Assembly: GCA_964655535.1 (NCBI GenBank)
Contig: CAZZPM010000001.1
Coordinates: forward strand, 1-42,655
Direction: 5' to 3'
From: an uncultured Pseudomonadota bacterium
GTDB lineage: Bacteria; Babelota; Babeliae; Babelales; CAZZPM01
Length of the DNA: 42,655 nt
Shown here one piece after another: positions 1-9,500 of this stretch (position 1 is the first letter of the stretch; each line of letters opens with the position of its first letter). The notes below the pieces were generated by a model. That model did no database searches, was not told where the DNA came from, and saw nothing but the letters and a program-made list of their open reading frames with translations. Position numbers and translations under genes: made by a program.

Positions 1-828
1 AGACTCGATCTGTTGTTGCAACTCTTTGATTTCATCGTCTGTTTTTGAGAGCAACAATGAAAAATAATGCCACATCAATATATCAGAAATCGACATCAAT
101 TTTCCAAATGCCTGTTCAGGTAATTCATTAAGTCCCACATAATTATTAAGACTTTTTGACATCTTTTGAACACCATCAAGTCCTACCAAAAGCGGCATCG
201 TCATAATAACTTGCGCTTCTTGCCCAAATTGCTCTTGCAAATGACGCCCCATTAAAAGATTAAAGGTCTGATCTGTTCCACCTAATTCAATATCAGCTTT
301 AAGCTCAACAGAATCATACCCCTGCATCACCGGATACATCAACTCATGAAGCCCAATAGGAACTCCATCTTTTAATCGCTTTGAAAAATCATCTCGCTCA
401 ATAATCCGTGCAACAGTCACCTGAGCACAAATTTTAAGCCAATCAGCAACACCAAGTTTTGCAAGCCAATGACTGTTATAAACAATACTCATTTTTGCTG
501 CATCTAATATTTTGTGCACTTGCGTAAAATAGGTTTTTGCATTACTTATAATTTCTTCTTCAGTGAGAGGTGGACGTGTTTTTGATTTTCCTGTTGGATC
601 ACCAATTCGTGCGGTAAAATCACCAATCAAAAAATAAATATGATGCCCTGCATCTTGAAATTGACGCATTTTTTTAAGCACCACCGCATGTCCTAAATGA
701 AGATCAGCAGCTGTTGGATCAGCACCCAATTTTATACGTAATGCTCGTCCTGATTTAATTTTTTTCTCAAATGCCTCAATTGGGACAACTTGTGCACAGC
801 CTTGAATAAGTTTTTTTATAAGATCCAT
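1..828 (-). CDS. tyrS: Tyrosyl-tRNA synthetase, first 276 codons (C-terminal part lies beyond the left window edge)
   Basis: Own reverse-strand translation from ATG at 826-828: MDLIKKLIQGCAQVVPIEAFEKKIKSGRALRIKLGADPTAADLHLGHAVVLKKMRQ... It carries a class-I HIGH motif (HLGH, nt 688-699), ELGGTDQ (nt 268-288) and KMSKS (nt 151-165). The frame stays open to position 1, so it is absent from the complete-ORF track. Confidence 0.85.
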   Translation of the reverse strand, partial: MDLIKKLIQGCAQVVPIEAFEKKIKSGRALRIKLGADPTAADLHLGHAVVLKKMRQFQDAGHHIYFLIGDFTARIGDPTGKSKTRPPLTEEEIISNAKTYFTQVHKILDAAKMSIVYNSHWLAKLGVADWLKICAQVTVARIIERDDFSKRLKDGVPIGLHELMYPVMQGYDSVELKADIELGGTDQTFNLLMGRHLQEQFGQEAQVIMTMPLLVGLDGVQKMSKSLNNYVGLNELPEQAFGKLMSISDILMWHYFSLLLSKTDDEIKELQQQIES

Positions 829-844
829 TTTGTTCTCTTTTATT

Positions 845-1483
845 TTAAAAAACAAGAAGCGCTAATAATAATTTTGTCTTTAAAACCATCCATAAAAGCA
901 TGCGTTGCAATTGAGGAATCATAACAATCATCAAAAACAAAAAAATACTATATTGTTCAATCATCTCAATCCATGGGGCATCAGGATCAGGTGCAAAAAC
1001 ACGCAACAAATGACTTCCATCAAGCGGTGGGATTGGCAACATATTAAAGACGCCTAAAATAACATTAATATCAATAAAAATTGCTAAAAAATATAAGGCC
1101 CAATGTTGTACAACGCCACTCAATCCAATTTGCCCAATATGCGCTGCAAAAAATAATCCTATAAACGCAAGTAAAAAATTGGTAAACGGACCAGCAAGCG
1201 CAGTCAATAAAGTATAGAACCGTTTATGTTTAAAATAATTACTATTAAACGGAACCGGATTTGCCCATCCAAATCGAAAAATAACAAGAAATAGAAGTCC
1301 CAAAAAATTGATGTGTGCTAGGGGATTTAAAGTAAGTCGACCTTCATCGCGTGGCGTTGGATCACCAAATAATGTTGCCACCATTCCATGCGCAAACTCA
1401 TGGCAAGAAAGTGCAATCAAAAAAACAGGAATGATGGTAACCAAATGTAGAATATTTTGATACATTGAATGTGAATATACCAT
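845..1483 (-). CDS. Peptidase M50 / site-2 protease family membrane zinc metalloprotease
   Basis: 212-aa polytopic ORF with HEFAHG (HExxH) in the first TM region and NMLPIPPLDGSH (the LDG motif of S2P proteases). Only 16 nt upstream of tyrS on the same strand. Confidence 0.75.
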   Translation of the reverse strand: MVYSHSMYQNILHLVTIIPVFLIALSCHEFAHGMVATLFGDPTPRDEGRLTLNPLAHINFLGLLFLVIFRFGWANPVPFNSNYFKHKRFYTLLTALAGPFTNFLLAFIGLFFAAHIGQIGLSGVVQHWALYFLAIFIDINVILGVFNMLPIPPLDGSHLLRVFAPDPDAPWIEMIEQYSIFLFLMIVMIPQLQRMLLWMVLKTKLLLALLVF

Positions 1484-1595
1484 AATCGTATAATCCTCAA
1501 AAAAAAACTTTATAAACGATACGTATCACGCATTATTTTTATGCGTTTCGATTTTGACTATATCATGTCCCCAAAAAAAAGTTGAGCTTATTTTT

Positions 1596-2879
1596 TTATC
1601 CTTCTTGGATAATTCCAAGATTTGCCCCCAAAAAAATTAATTTTTTTTCAAGCCCATCATAAGCTCGCTGCCATTGATGCAATCCAATAATTTTGGTTTT
1701 TCCTTCAGCAGCAAGTCCAGCCAAAACTAATGCACATGATGCTCGAATGTCAGGAGCAATAACCTCAGCTCCATACAACGTATCAACACCTTTAATTTGT
1801 ACAGTTTGATTATTAATCATGGTAATATGTGCGCCCATTTTTTGTAACTCACGAACATGCATTAAGCGATTTTCAAATACTGTTTCTTCTACAATACAAC
1901 TTCCACGCGCCATTGCTTGAACTGCCATCATCGGTGCTTGTAAATCAGTCGGAAAACCAGGATAAGGACCTGTTTTAAACGAAACAGCTTGCGGATCTTC
2001 TGTTGAATGAAAGGTGATGCCTTGTTTACCTGGTGTTGTAATAATCGTATGCCCCATTTCTTGTAACTTTAATAAAAAAATATCCATATCATATGGTCGA
2101 GCATTATTCAAAGTAATCGAACCCTTAGTCATTGCAGCAGCAAGAAGTAATGCTCCTGCTTCAAGTCGATCAGGAAGAATTTCATATTCTATAGAATATA
2201 ATTGACTAACACCGGTAATAATTATTGTTGCTGGCGCACTTGTTTCAATCTGCGCGCCCATTTTTTTAAGAACCAGAATTAAATCAAGAACTTCAGGTTC
2301 AAGCGCTGCATTAATAATAGTTGTTTGTCCCGGTAATAATGTTGCTGCCATTAAAATATTTTCAGTCGCACCAACACTCGGATATTCAAAAATAATGCGA
2401 TTATTAAGATTACTGTTTACGGACATTGTTCCAATAATACTGTGAGTCGTTTCTTCAATAGCAACACCGAGCGTTTTAAAACCTTTTAAATGATAATCTA
2501 TCGGCCGCGCTCCAATCAAACAACCTCCTGGATTTGCAACGATCGCTTTTCCAAATCGAGCAAGCAATGGTCCCATAGCAAGAATTGATGCGCGCATTTT
2601 ATTCATAATTGAAGGACAGATAGTCTCGCTATGTAAAGACCTTGTATCCACCTTCATAACATGTGTTTCTACAGAAAAAGTAATCAATGCACCCAATGAT
2701 TCTAAAAGCTTAATCATCAATTGCACATCGGTTGAATTAGGGACATTGTACAATGTTGATACGCCTTCGGTTAATAATAACGAAGTCATGATAACAAGTG
2801 CGCCATTTTTTGCTCCAAAAAGATCAACTGATCCTGACAAGGGACCCGATTGATTAACTTGTAAATATTGATGTGTCAT
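1596..2879 (-). CDS. murA: UDP-N-acetylglucosamine 1-carboxyvinyltransferase
   Basis: GAKNGALVIM near the N-terminus and PGGCLIGARPIDYH (the Cys-containing active-site loop) match MurA along the full length. Start set at ATG 2879 (MTHQYLQVNQSGPL...), because the 48 codons the ORF track adds upstream overlap dapF and look non-homologous. Confidence 0.9.
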   Translation of the reverse strand: MTHQYLQVNQSGPLSGSVDLFGAKNGALVIMTSLLLTEGVSTLYNVPNSTDVQLMIKLLESLGALITFSVETHVMKVDTRSLHSETICPSIMNKMRASILAMGPLLARFGKAIVANPGGCLIGARPIDYHLKGFKTLGVAIEETTHSIIGTMSVNSNLNNRIIFEYPSVGATENILMAATLLPGQTTIINAALEPEVLDLILVLKKMGAQIETSAPATIIITGVSQLYSIEYEILPDRLEAGALLLAAAMTKGSITLNNARPYDMDIFLLKLQEMGHTIITTPGKQGITFHSTEDPQAVSFKTGPYPGFPTDLQAPMMAVQAMARGSCIVEETVFENRLMHVRELQKMGAHITMINNQTVQIKGVDTLYGAEVIAPDIRASCALVLAGLAAEGKTKIIGLHQWQRAYDGLEKKLIFLGANLGIIQEG

Positions 2880-3699
2880 AAAAAAATTCCTCTGATAAAA
2901 ATCCATTAAAAGAATAAAAAACTGGCGCTTGCAAAAAAAGATATTTTTCAAACACAAAAGCCTGTATCGATCCGCCTGCTGTAATAAAAGTATAGTTTTG
3001 CTTATTATCTTGATGCATACCATGCAATAGAGTCATTGTTGCTAAAATAGCAGACGAACAACTTTCAGTAAAGCCGACTCCTCGTTCATACGTGGTAATA
3101 AAAATTTGATTATCTTGTATATCAATCCATGAAATATTATGATCTGGAGCATTTTTTTTTACTTCTATCAACAGATCATCATGAATCATTTGTGCTTGAG
3201 AAAAAATCAAAAAATGTGGATTACCCACAGCAACAAAGTATCCATCATACAAAATATCATGAACCGAAAATTGTACTTTATTTTGAATAACACCAAGCGG
3301 ATAATGCGTCTCAATAAAATCTTGATTTTTTTTACACAAAATTTCTTTGCCTGCTATCTGAATTACTATTTCATGACGTGCATTCATTTTTAAAAGATGA
3401 CCCGCAAGACAACGAATGCCATTTCCTGAAAACTGCCCATCTGAACCATCGGCATTTTGAACCAATGCTTGCCAATAATTTTCTATAGCTGTTTTTTGAA
3501 AAAAAATAATTCCATCCGCTCCAACACCTGTTTTGCGACAACAAATTTTCTCAGCACGATGATTCTCAATTAGCCCTAAATGCTCTATTAAAACAAAATC
3601 ATTTCTTAAAGAATGATATTTAAAAAAACAGATATTTTTTTGATAATGACTACTGTTGATATCGTCTATTTTGTAAAGCAATGTAGCCTCGTGGAGCAA
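2854..3699 (-). CDS. dapF: Diaminopimelate epimerase-like protein (DapF fold), with Ser at the first catalytic Cys position
   Basis: DapF hallmarks are present: RNDFVLIE (GNDFV box), NADGSDGQFSGNGIRC, VGNPHFLIF and ERGVGFTESCSSA. The start is uncertain: ATG 3699 overlaps the upstream transporter by 50 nt and gives about 25 more N-terminal residues than typical DapF. Confidence 0.7.
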   Translation of the reverse strand: MLHEATLLYKIDDINSSHYQKNICFFKYHSLRNDFVLIEHLGLIENHRAEKICCRKTGVGADGIIFFQKTAIENYWQALVQNADGSDGQFSGNGIRCLAGHLLKMNARHEIVIQIAGKEILCKKNQDFIETHYPLGVIQNKVQFSVHDILYDGYFVAVGNPHFLIFSQAQMIHDDLLIEVKKNAPDHNISWIDIQDNQIFITTYERGVGFTESCSSAILATMTLLHGMHQDNKQNYTFITAGGSIQAFVFEKYLFLQAPVFYSFNGFLSEEFFYDTSIFTS

Positions 3700-5290
3700 A
3701 AAGAGTAATTAATGAAACTATAAAAATAGTAGCACTCCATTCATGCCATGATGTTGCATATAATGATGCCCATCCTAACAACAAATACGAACAAAAAACA
3801 GAAGCTATTTGTGGCATAGTGTACCATAATTGCGCCTGCATAAAATCAATATGATACGCACCTGAACAATTTGAAGCCATTACTGTTACATCAGCAATCG
3901 GAGAAATTTGATTTCCCATTAACGAGCCTGAAATAATTGCTCCCATCATAATAAATAAAAGCGGGGCGCTTGCTGGTAAAATCGGTGCTGTCAAATGTAA
4001 TAATTGAACTGCAAGTGGCAATAAAATACCGAGCAATAAACCAATTGCTGCCCATGCTGACCCAATACCTATGGTCATTCCAACCGCCATAATATATGCA
4101 AATGCTGGTAAAAAAAGTGGCGAAATTGTCTGAGGAAAAATAGATGCCAAATAGAGCCCGGTTTTCAAATCATTTTTAACAATGTACGTTAGTGTCCACG
4201 CTGCAGTGAGCATAAACAAAGTTAATACCATTAAATTGCACCCTTCATGAAATAATTGAGGCAACTCCGAAAATAATACTTTCTTACGAATCAAAAGCAA
4301 ACTTGTTGTCATCAATAAAGTAATCAAGCCAGTAATCCCGAGAGCTTGTGATGCTTGCGCTGTTTTAAAAGAAACCATAATTGAAAGCGTCCCTCCAAAA
4401 CAAGCGGCTCCCCCTGTGTACAACAAAGCACAAAAAAGAAAAAAAACTAATAATGCAAGCGGAATAAAAAAATCAATTTTTGATGCTTGCGCTCTATTTT
4501 TTTCTGGTGTTGAAGCAATGCTTACTTGAGGACTTACTTTTCCACCCCAAACATTTCCCGTTTCATGTGCAATGGTATATTGACGATGCAAAGGCCCAAA
4601 TTTTACCGGAACAAAAATATATGTCATCATATTTGCAATTGATGACCATGCTTGAATAACACAGGGAATAATCAAAAAGAACGCATACATTGGTTCAATA
4701 GCAATTAAACTCTCTTCTTTCATTCCAATACCGATTACGCCCAGTTGCCCTATAATTTCAGCTCCCCAACTTGAAAAGGGAAGAATCGCACATAAAGTTG
4801 TTGAAAGGCTGGTAATAATAAATGCAAGTTGAATACGAGGTATTTTAGCATGGTCAGTAATTGTTTTCATCACTGAACCGACCGTTAACGTGCTAAAATA
4901 ATCATCAATGCAGAGTAGAAAAGCAAGAATCACTGTTTTAATGGAAGCCTGTTGAACCGATAAATGTTTATTATTTTTCGCTGTTGCATACGCATACGCT
5001 CCCCCTGAATGAGTAATTAAAGTAATCAAACAACCAAGGCAAAGTAAAAAAATAAACATCATTAATGCAGAACTGTCATATATCATTCTTAATGAACATG
5101 TATCAGTCAAACCCAATGCCATTTTAATTTTTTCAAAAACTAATCCAAGTGCTAAAAATAATGCACCTTCTGTTAAAATTAATGTTGCGCTCAAAATCCC
5201 CAACATCAATGATGGCAAAATACGTTGAGTCATCAATGCCGAACAAATAGTTAAAAAGGGCGGTACCAATGAAAAAATAGAAGGATTCAT
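3650..5290 (-). CDS. Polytopic inner-membrane transporter (about 12-13 TM; possibly NhaC-type antiporter superfamily)
   Basis: 546-aa ORF made almost entirely of hydrophobic helices, with one central hydrophilic loop (QYTIAHETGNVWGGKVSPQVSIASTPEKNRAQASK). The family assignment is a guess from size and topology only. Confidence 0.5.
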   Translation of the reverse strand: MNPSIFSLVPPFLTICSALMTQRILPSLMLGILSATLILTEGALFLALGLVFEKIKMALGLTDTCSLRMIYDSSALMMFIFLLCLGCLITLITHSGGAYAYATAKNNKHLSVQQASIKTVILAFLLCIDDYFSTLTVGSVMKTITDHAKIPRIQLAFIITSLSTTLCAILPFSSWGAEIIGQLGVIGIGMKEESLIAIEPMYAFFLIIPCVIQAWSSIANMMTYIFVPVKFGPLHRQYTIAHETGNVWGGKVSPQVSIASTPEKNRAQASKIDFFIPLALLVFFLFCALLYTGGAACFGGTLSIMVSFKTAQASQALGITGLITLLMTTSLLLIRKKVLFSELPQLFHEGCNLMVLTLFMLTAAWTLTYIVKNDLKTGLYLASIFPQTISPLFLPAFAYIMAVGMTIGIGSAWAAIGLLLGILLPLAVQLLHLTAPILPASAPLLFIMMGAIISGSLMGNQISPIADVTVMASNCSGAYHIDFMQAQLWYTMPQIASVFCSYLLLGWASLYATSWHEWSATIFIVSLITLFAPRGYIALQNRRYQQ

Positions 5291-5380
5291 ATCAAAACTT
5301 TCAATATTAATTTCAAAAAATAATAATTTTCTATCCTGTATTACTATATCGATTTATCATCGAATAGAAAAGAGTTTTTC

Positions 5381-6433
5381 TTACTTTTTAACTAAAAAAT
5401 ACGCTTCTGCATTTTCAGCAAATGATTTAATTTGTTGATTAAAAAGAGACTCCTCGGGACAAAGGCCTAAAAATATATCAAGTTGATACTGATTATTTTT
5501 AAATGCACCACCGGTATCAATCAAAAAACCAAGTGCTCGCTGCTGCTTATTATTTAAAGGATTTTTAATATTCAATGCCAACAATGAACCCATACCTAAA
5601 TTATGAATATCTCCTGCAAAACAAGCATTTTTTGTTTCTAACATATGAACCAAATGATGCTGAGCCATCGTTGCAATATTTTTTATTTCTCTAAAAAACC
5701 AGTATCGTTTCTGCTGATGAACTGGTTTTTTACTTTCATATGCATATCGATTATGAGTATGGGCATACAAAATTCGTTCTTTTTTATTAGGCATTGTCAC
5801 AATAACTGTGCCATGCATCAATGCATGCTCAAGACCTTTTTTAGTAACCCAAACAAGTGGTTTATAATGCTGAATATATTGATCAAGTTTTCCTGCAATA
5901 ATTTCTTGTTTCGTTAAACGAACATGTTTTTGATAATCACGATCTTCATATAACGCGCATGAAAAATGGTCTGTTTTGTACATTGATCCAGGAATTTTAA
6001 ATGCAGCATATTTTGTTAATAAAATTTTTTTATTTAATTCTTCTTTAACAGATGGTGGAAATGAAGCGCGCCCAGCATCAGCTTGCTCAATATTTGGTTT
6101 CCATGAAATCCACTTAAAATGTTTTTCAAGAAATGCAGTATTTTGAAGCCGACTTGTAGAACGTCCTGCACGTTGATCTTCATGCATAACATCAGCAATA
6201 AAGTGTAATGTTCGCTCACGATCTTGTGCAGATATTCCATATTTTTTATACAATAAATGGCCTGTGCTTTTATGTTTTTTAAAGCGAGCAGAAGCAACTT
6301 TAACTGCTTTTATCAGTGAATCATCTGAAGTAATTGATACAATACTATTTTCTTTTTTTTCTATTTCTTTGCTCGTTAATGTAGCTGCTGAATGCAACAG
6401 ACAAAAAAATAAAAAAATATATAAATTCATCAT
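5381..6433 (-). CDS. mltA: MltA-like lytic murein transglycosylase (3D domain), secreted
   Basis: N-terminal signal peptide (MMNLYIFLFFCLLHSAA). The C-terminal FLIDTGGAFKNNQYQLDIFLG matches the DTGGAIKG..D.F.G 3D-domain signature of MltA. AAGGAG RBS lies 7 nt upstream of the ATG. Confidence 0.65.
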   Translation of the reverse strand: MMNLYIFLFFCLLHSAATLTSKEIEKKENSIVSITSDDSLIKAVKVASARFKKHKSTGHLLYKKYGISAQDRERTLHFIADVMHEDQRAGRSTSRLQNTAFLEKHFKWISWKPNIEQADAGRASFPPSVKEELNKKILLTKYAAFKIPGSMYKTDHFSCALYEDRDYQKHVRLTKQEIIAGKLDQYIQHYKPLVWVTKKGLEHALMHGTVIVTMPNKKERILYAHTHNRYAYESKKPVHQQKRYWFFREIKNIATMAQHHLVHMLETKNACFAGDIHNLGMGSLLALNIKNPLNNKQQRALGFLIDTGGAFKNNQYQLDIFLGLCPEESLFNQQIKSFAENAEAYFLVKK

Positions 6434-6451
6434 TAAAATCTCCTTGAAACG

Positions 6452-6487
6452 ACAAAGGGGGACCTCTATGACAGAATCCCCCTTTGT
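6452..6487 (-). terminator. Perfect 11-bp GC-rich stem-loop between the giant gene and mltA (possible partial terminator, processing or stabilising element)
   Basis: ACAAAGGGGGA (6452-6462), 14-nt loop, TCCCCCTTTGT (6477-6487). It lies 21 nt after the stop of the 1539-aa gene. On the minus strand it is followed by CGTTTCAAGGAG, which is only a short T stretch. Confidence 0.4.
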
Positions 6488-6507
6488 GCAGAATTATTAT
6501 CGCAATA

Positions 6508-9500
6508 CTAACGGCCTCTCATGCCTCCTGCAATCATTGCAAGTCCTGCATTATCAAATGTTTCTATTGATTCTTCTTCTTCAACTTTTTTCTTAACTGA
6601 TTTTTTAACAGTATTTTGTGCTATAGCAATAGCTTTTTTTTCTTGTTGTTGTGCTAAATATTTAGCTTGTGCATCTTGAGCCGAAAAAGGTATCAATGTT
6701 CGTACGCCGCTCGATCCACTTGATTGAAAAATTTCTTGCTCTAGCTCAGGAGCTTCTTCTTCGACTGGTTCTTCAATAACTTCTATATTCTCTTGATTGC
6801 TTTCATCTGTTAACTCTTCTTCATCATCAGACGCTGTACCTTCACTTGATTCATTTTCTTCATCTGTTACAACCTCTTCTTCGTCAGCAACTGAATCTTC
6901 TTCACCCGTAGTCTCAGTTTCTTCCTCAGATGTACCCTCTTCGCTAATAGTATCTGTTTCAACGGACTCATCAGCTGGCACAAAATCTGACAACAATGAT
7001 GGATAAACACGAACATTTCTAAAAGTTACAGGCGTTGTCCAACAACTTAATCCCACAGAAAGAACACCTAACAATGGATATGGGTCTTGCCATTCAAAAA
7101 GAGGAATATTATCATTATCACCCGCGTTATGCCAGAACGCAACTTTACCATCATGAATATTAATAGCATACTTGCTAAATTCACGTGGAGTTGCCATGCC
7201 ATTTGGCGCTTTTCTTATATCTGATCCTGGATGATTTTTTACGAAATCTTTTCTCAAATCATCTGCATTAAATACAGCTATTGGCGTTTTTGCCAGATTT
7301 TTACTACGAATAACAATTTTACGATTACTCACAGCACCAATGGCCAATTCATACAATTCAGCATCATTATTACGCATTGTAGTAAAGGCTTCTGGACTCA
7401 ATGCAATCATAACATCGCTTAATCCTTTAGCTTCAAATTCTATATATCCACGACCTTCTTCAGGTAATGCTTGATTAAACCATAAATAGAGTCCATATAA
7501 TCCTTTAAATGTAACTCCTTCTTCATTTGCATTAGTGAATAACTGTGTTGCAATATCTGACATCGCAAGTGCCCATTGTTGACGACGAGAAATATCATCA
7601 TTATTTGTTTTATCAAAAAGATACATATTATTATAAGCGGCAACAATAACATTTAATAAATCATTATACATTTTTATAGGTTGATCAACATAGTAAACTA
7701 ATAATTGATCAATACCATCTAACAATTTACGTTTAACAAAATCATCTCCCGAGACATAGGCATTATTCGCAAACAATGTTATGTTTTGATACGTTTTTAA
7801 CAATGCTTGAAATCCATCAGGTGTTTCAGGTGAAAGAAGATCTGCTTTTTCAAGCTCAGCATTGGCTCGTGCTAAATACTGTTGCATTGCAGGAGGCACC
7901 TCAGAACCGGTCGGTGATCGTTTAACAAAATCTTCTTGAAAAACATATTCTGTATCTTTTTCTTTTGCATAATCAACAGCTGCTTGCATTTTACCTGCTT
8001 TTGCTGCCAAAGCAATGCCCCCAGATCCTAAAGCAAGTCCAGCTGCTATTCCAATAGGCCCACCTAAAGAAAAGACAGGCGCCATCATTGCTATCACATT
8101 TGCTGTTCCTTGAGCAACTTGTGCTCCTACTTGTGTTGACAATCTTTGTTTTGTTTCTTTGCCAGAATCAAGTTGTTCATAAATTGCAGTACCATCTGTT
8201 TTTAAAGTAAAGCGGTATGAAATACTTTTACCCATGCCAGCTGCAGTGCCTGCAGCAAAAGAATTATTATCAGATTTTTCAGAAATACGAAGCGAAGATC
8301 CCATTTGTGACATTTGCAAGCGAACAGGTTCAACAACAACAACAGATGTTGGCATTTTAAAAGCATCGTATTGTTTGTCATATGACATTTGTGGATCAAG
8401 AAATCCAATTTCAACCGGTGGGGCAAGTTGTACATTTGCAACAGTTGCTTGACCATTAATTGCAGTAAGCCCAATATATTTAACCGGCATATCTTCTTCT
8501 TGATCTTCCCAAACCATAAAAGGATTTTCACCAATCATACCATGCCCGACAGAAATTGCACCTTGATTACAGCTTATCCAAAATGGCATTGCTTGAGCTG
8601 CATTGAAACGTGCGCCATATAATTTATTTTCGCTGACTAATGTATTTTTCCCATCTTTATGTCGACGAATTTGTGAAACGACAGGACCATCAGAACTTAA
8701 TAAAATTTCATAGCCATTAAATTCTTTGATGCCATCTTTTTCTTCAATGGCTAAACGAACTCGTACCATTCCTTCCCCTTGTATGGTGGAAAAAAACGTT
8801 CCTTCTCCTGGGGTACGCCATTGATTTGATAACCATTTTGATGTTCCTGATTTTTTTAAAGGATATGATTGTGGATCTGCTATAAAAATACGTCCTGGCG
8901 GAATAAATGATAAAGCGGGCATTGTTACTACTTCAGTAACTTCAATAGCAACAGGATCTATCGACTTAAATGAACTAAAGCCTAAATTACGTACTAATGA
9001 TTGTCCATTAGGAGCAACAGGCGGAGCAGCATCACGGCGCGCCATAAAAATATTACTTCCAGGGTAACCTTTACCAGCCATAATCAATCCATTGTCTATA
9101 GAAACCCAGTATAATTCGTACGCACCAGGAAGCGTTGCTGCACGAGGATCTCGATCAACAGAAACAGGATTTTCAAGAACGGTTTCTCCTTCTTTAAGCA
9201 CAACAGATTTTTTATTTCCATCACCACCAAAAATAATACGGTACAAGCATTCATTACCAACCTTTTCACCCATGACAACTTGTAAATCACCTTCAGATTT
9301 GGTAGATGCTCTAAATACAAGAGTTGCTTTACCTGGTGTTGCTAGTGATTTTTCAAGCCATGCATAACCACGTCCCCATAAAGATCCTAATTTTAAAACT
9401 TGTCCACGCACAAAGTCTGTTTCTGGCTTTTCATATGAATAACCACGAACTTCAGGATTACGTTTTAATGATAAGCCTGGCATAATACCTGACCCTGTTT

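Noticed and set aside
1499-1546. ACGCAT/ATGCGT hairpin plus distant T-run downstream of murA, considered as a terminator
   Set aside because: On the minus strand the T-run starts about 20 nt after the 6-bp stem, so it is not a canonical intrinsic terminator. It may be incidental dyad symmetry.
2880-3023. 48-codon N-terminal extension of the murA ORF in the track
   Set aside because: The extension (MVCIKIISKTILLL...) has no MurA homology and lies entirely inside dapF coding sequence. The internal ATG 2879 gives a canonical MurA N-terminus.
6797-7006. Antisense poly-Ser ORF, and the many other 60-143-aa ORFs nested in or antisense to large genes (e.g. 2014-2205, 8234-8452, 9092-9367, 27025-27330, 27997-28428, 31898-32230, 36396-36644)
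   Set aside because: All lie inside longer ORFs that have clear family signatures. They show low-complexity or frame-shadow composition and have no independent RBS or homology that I can recognise.
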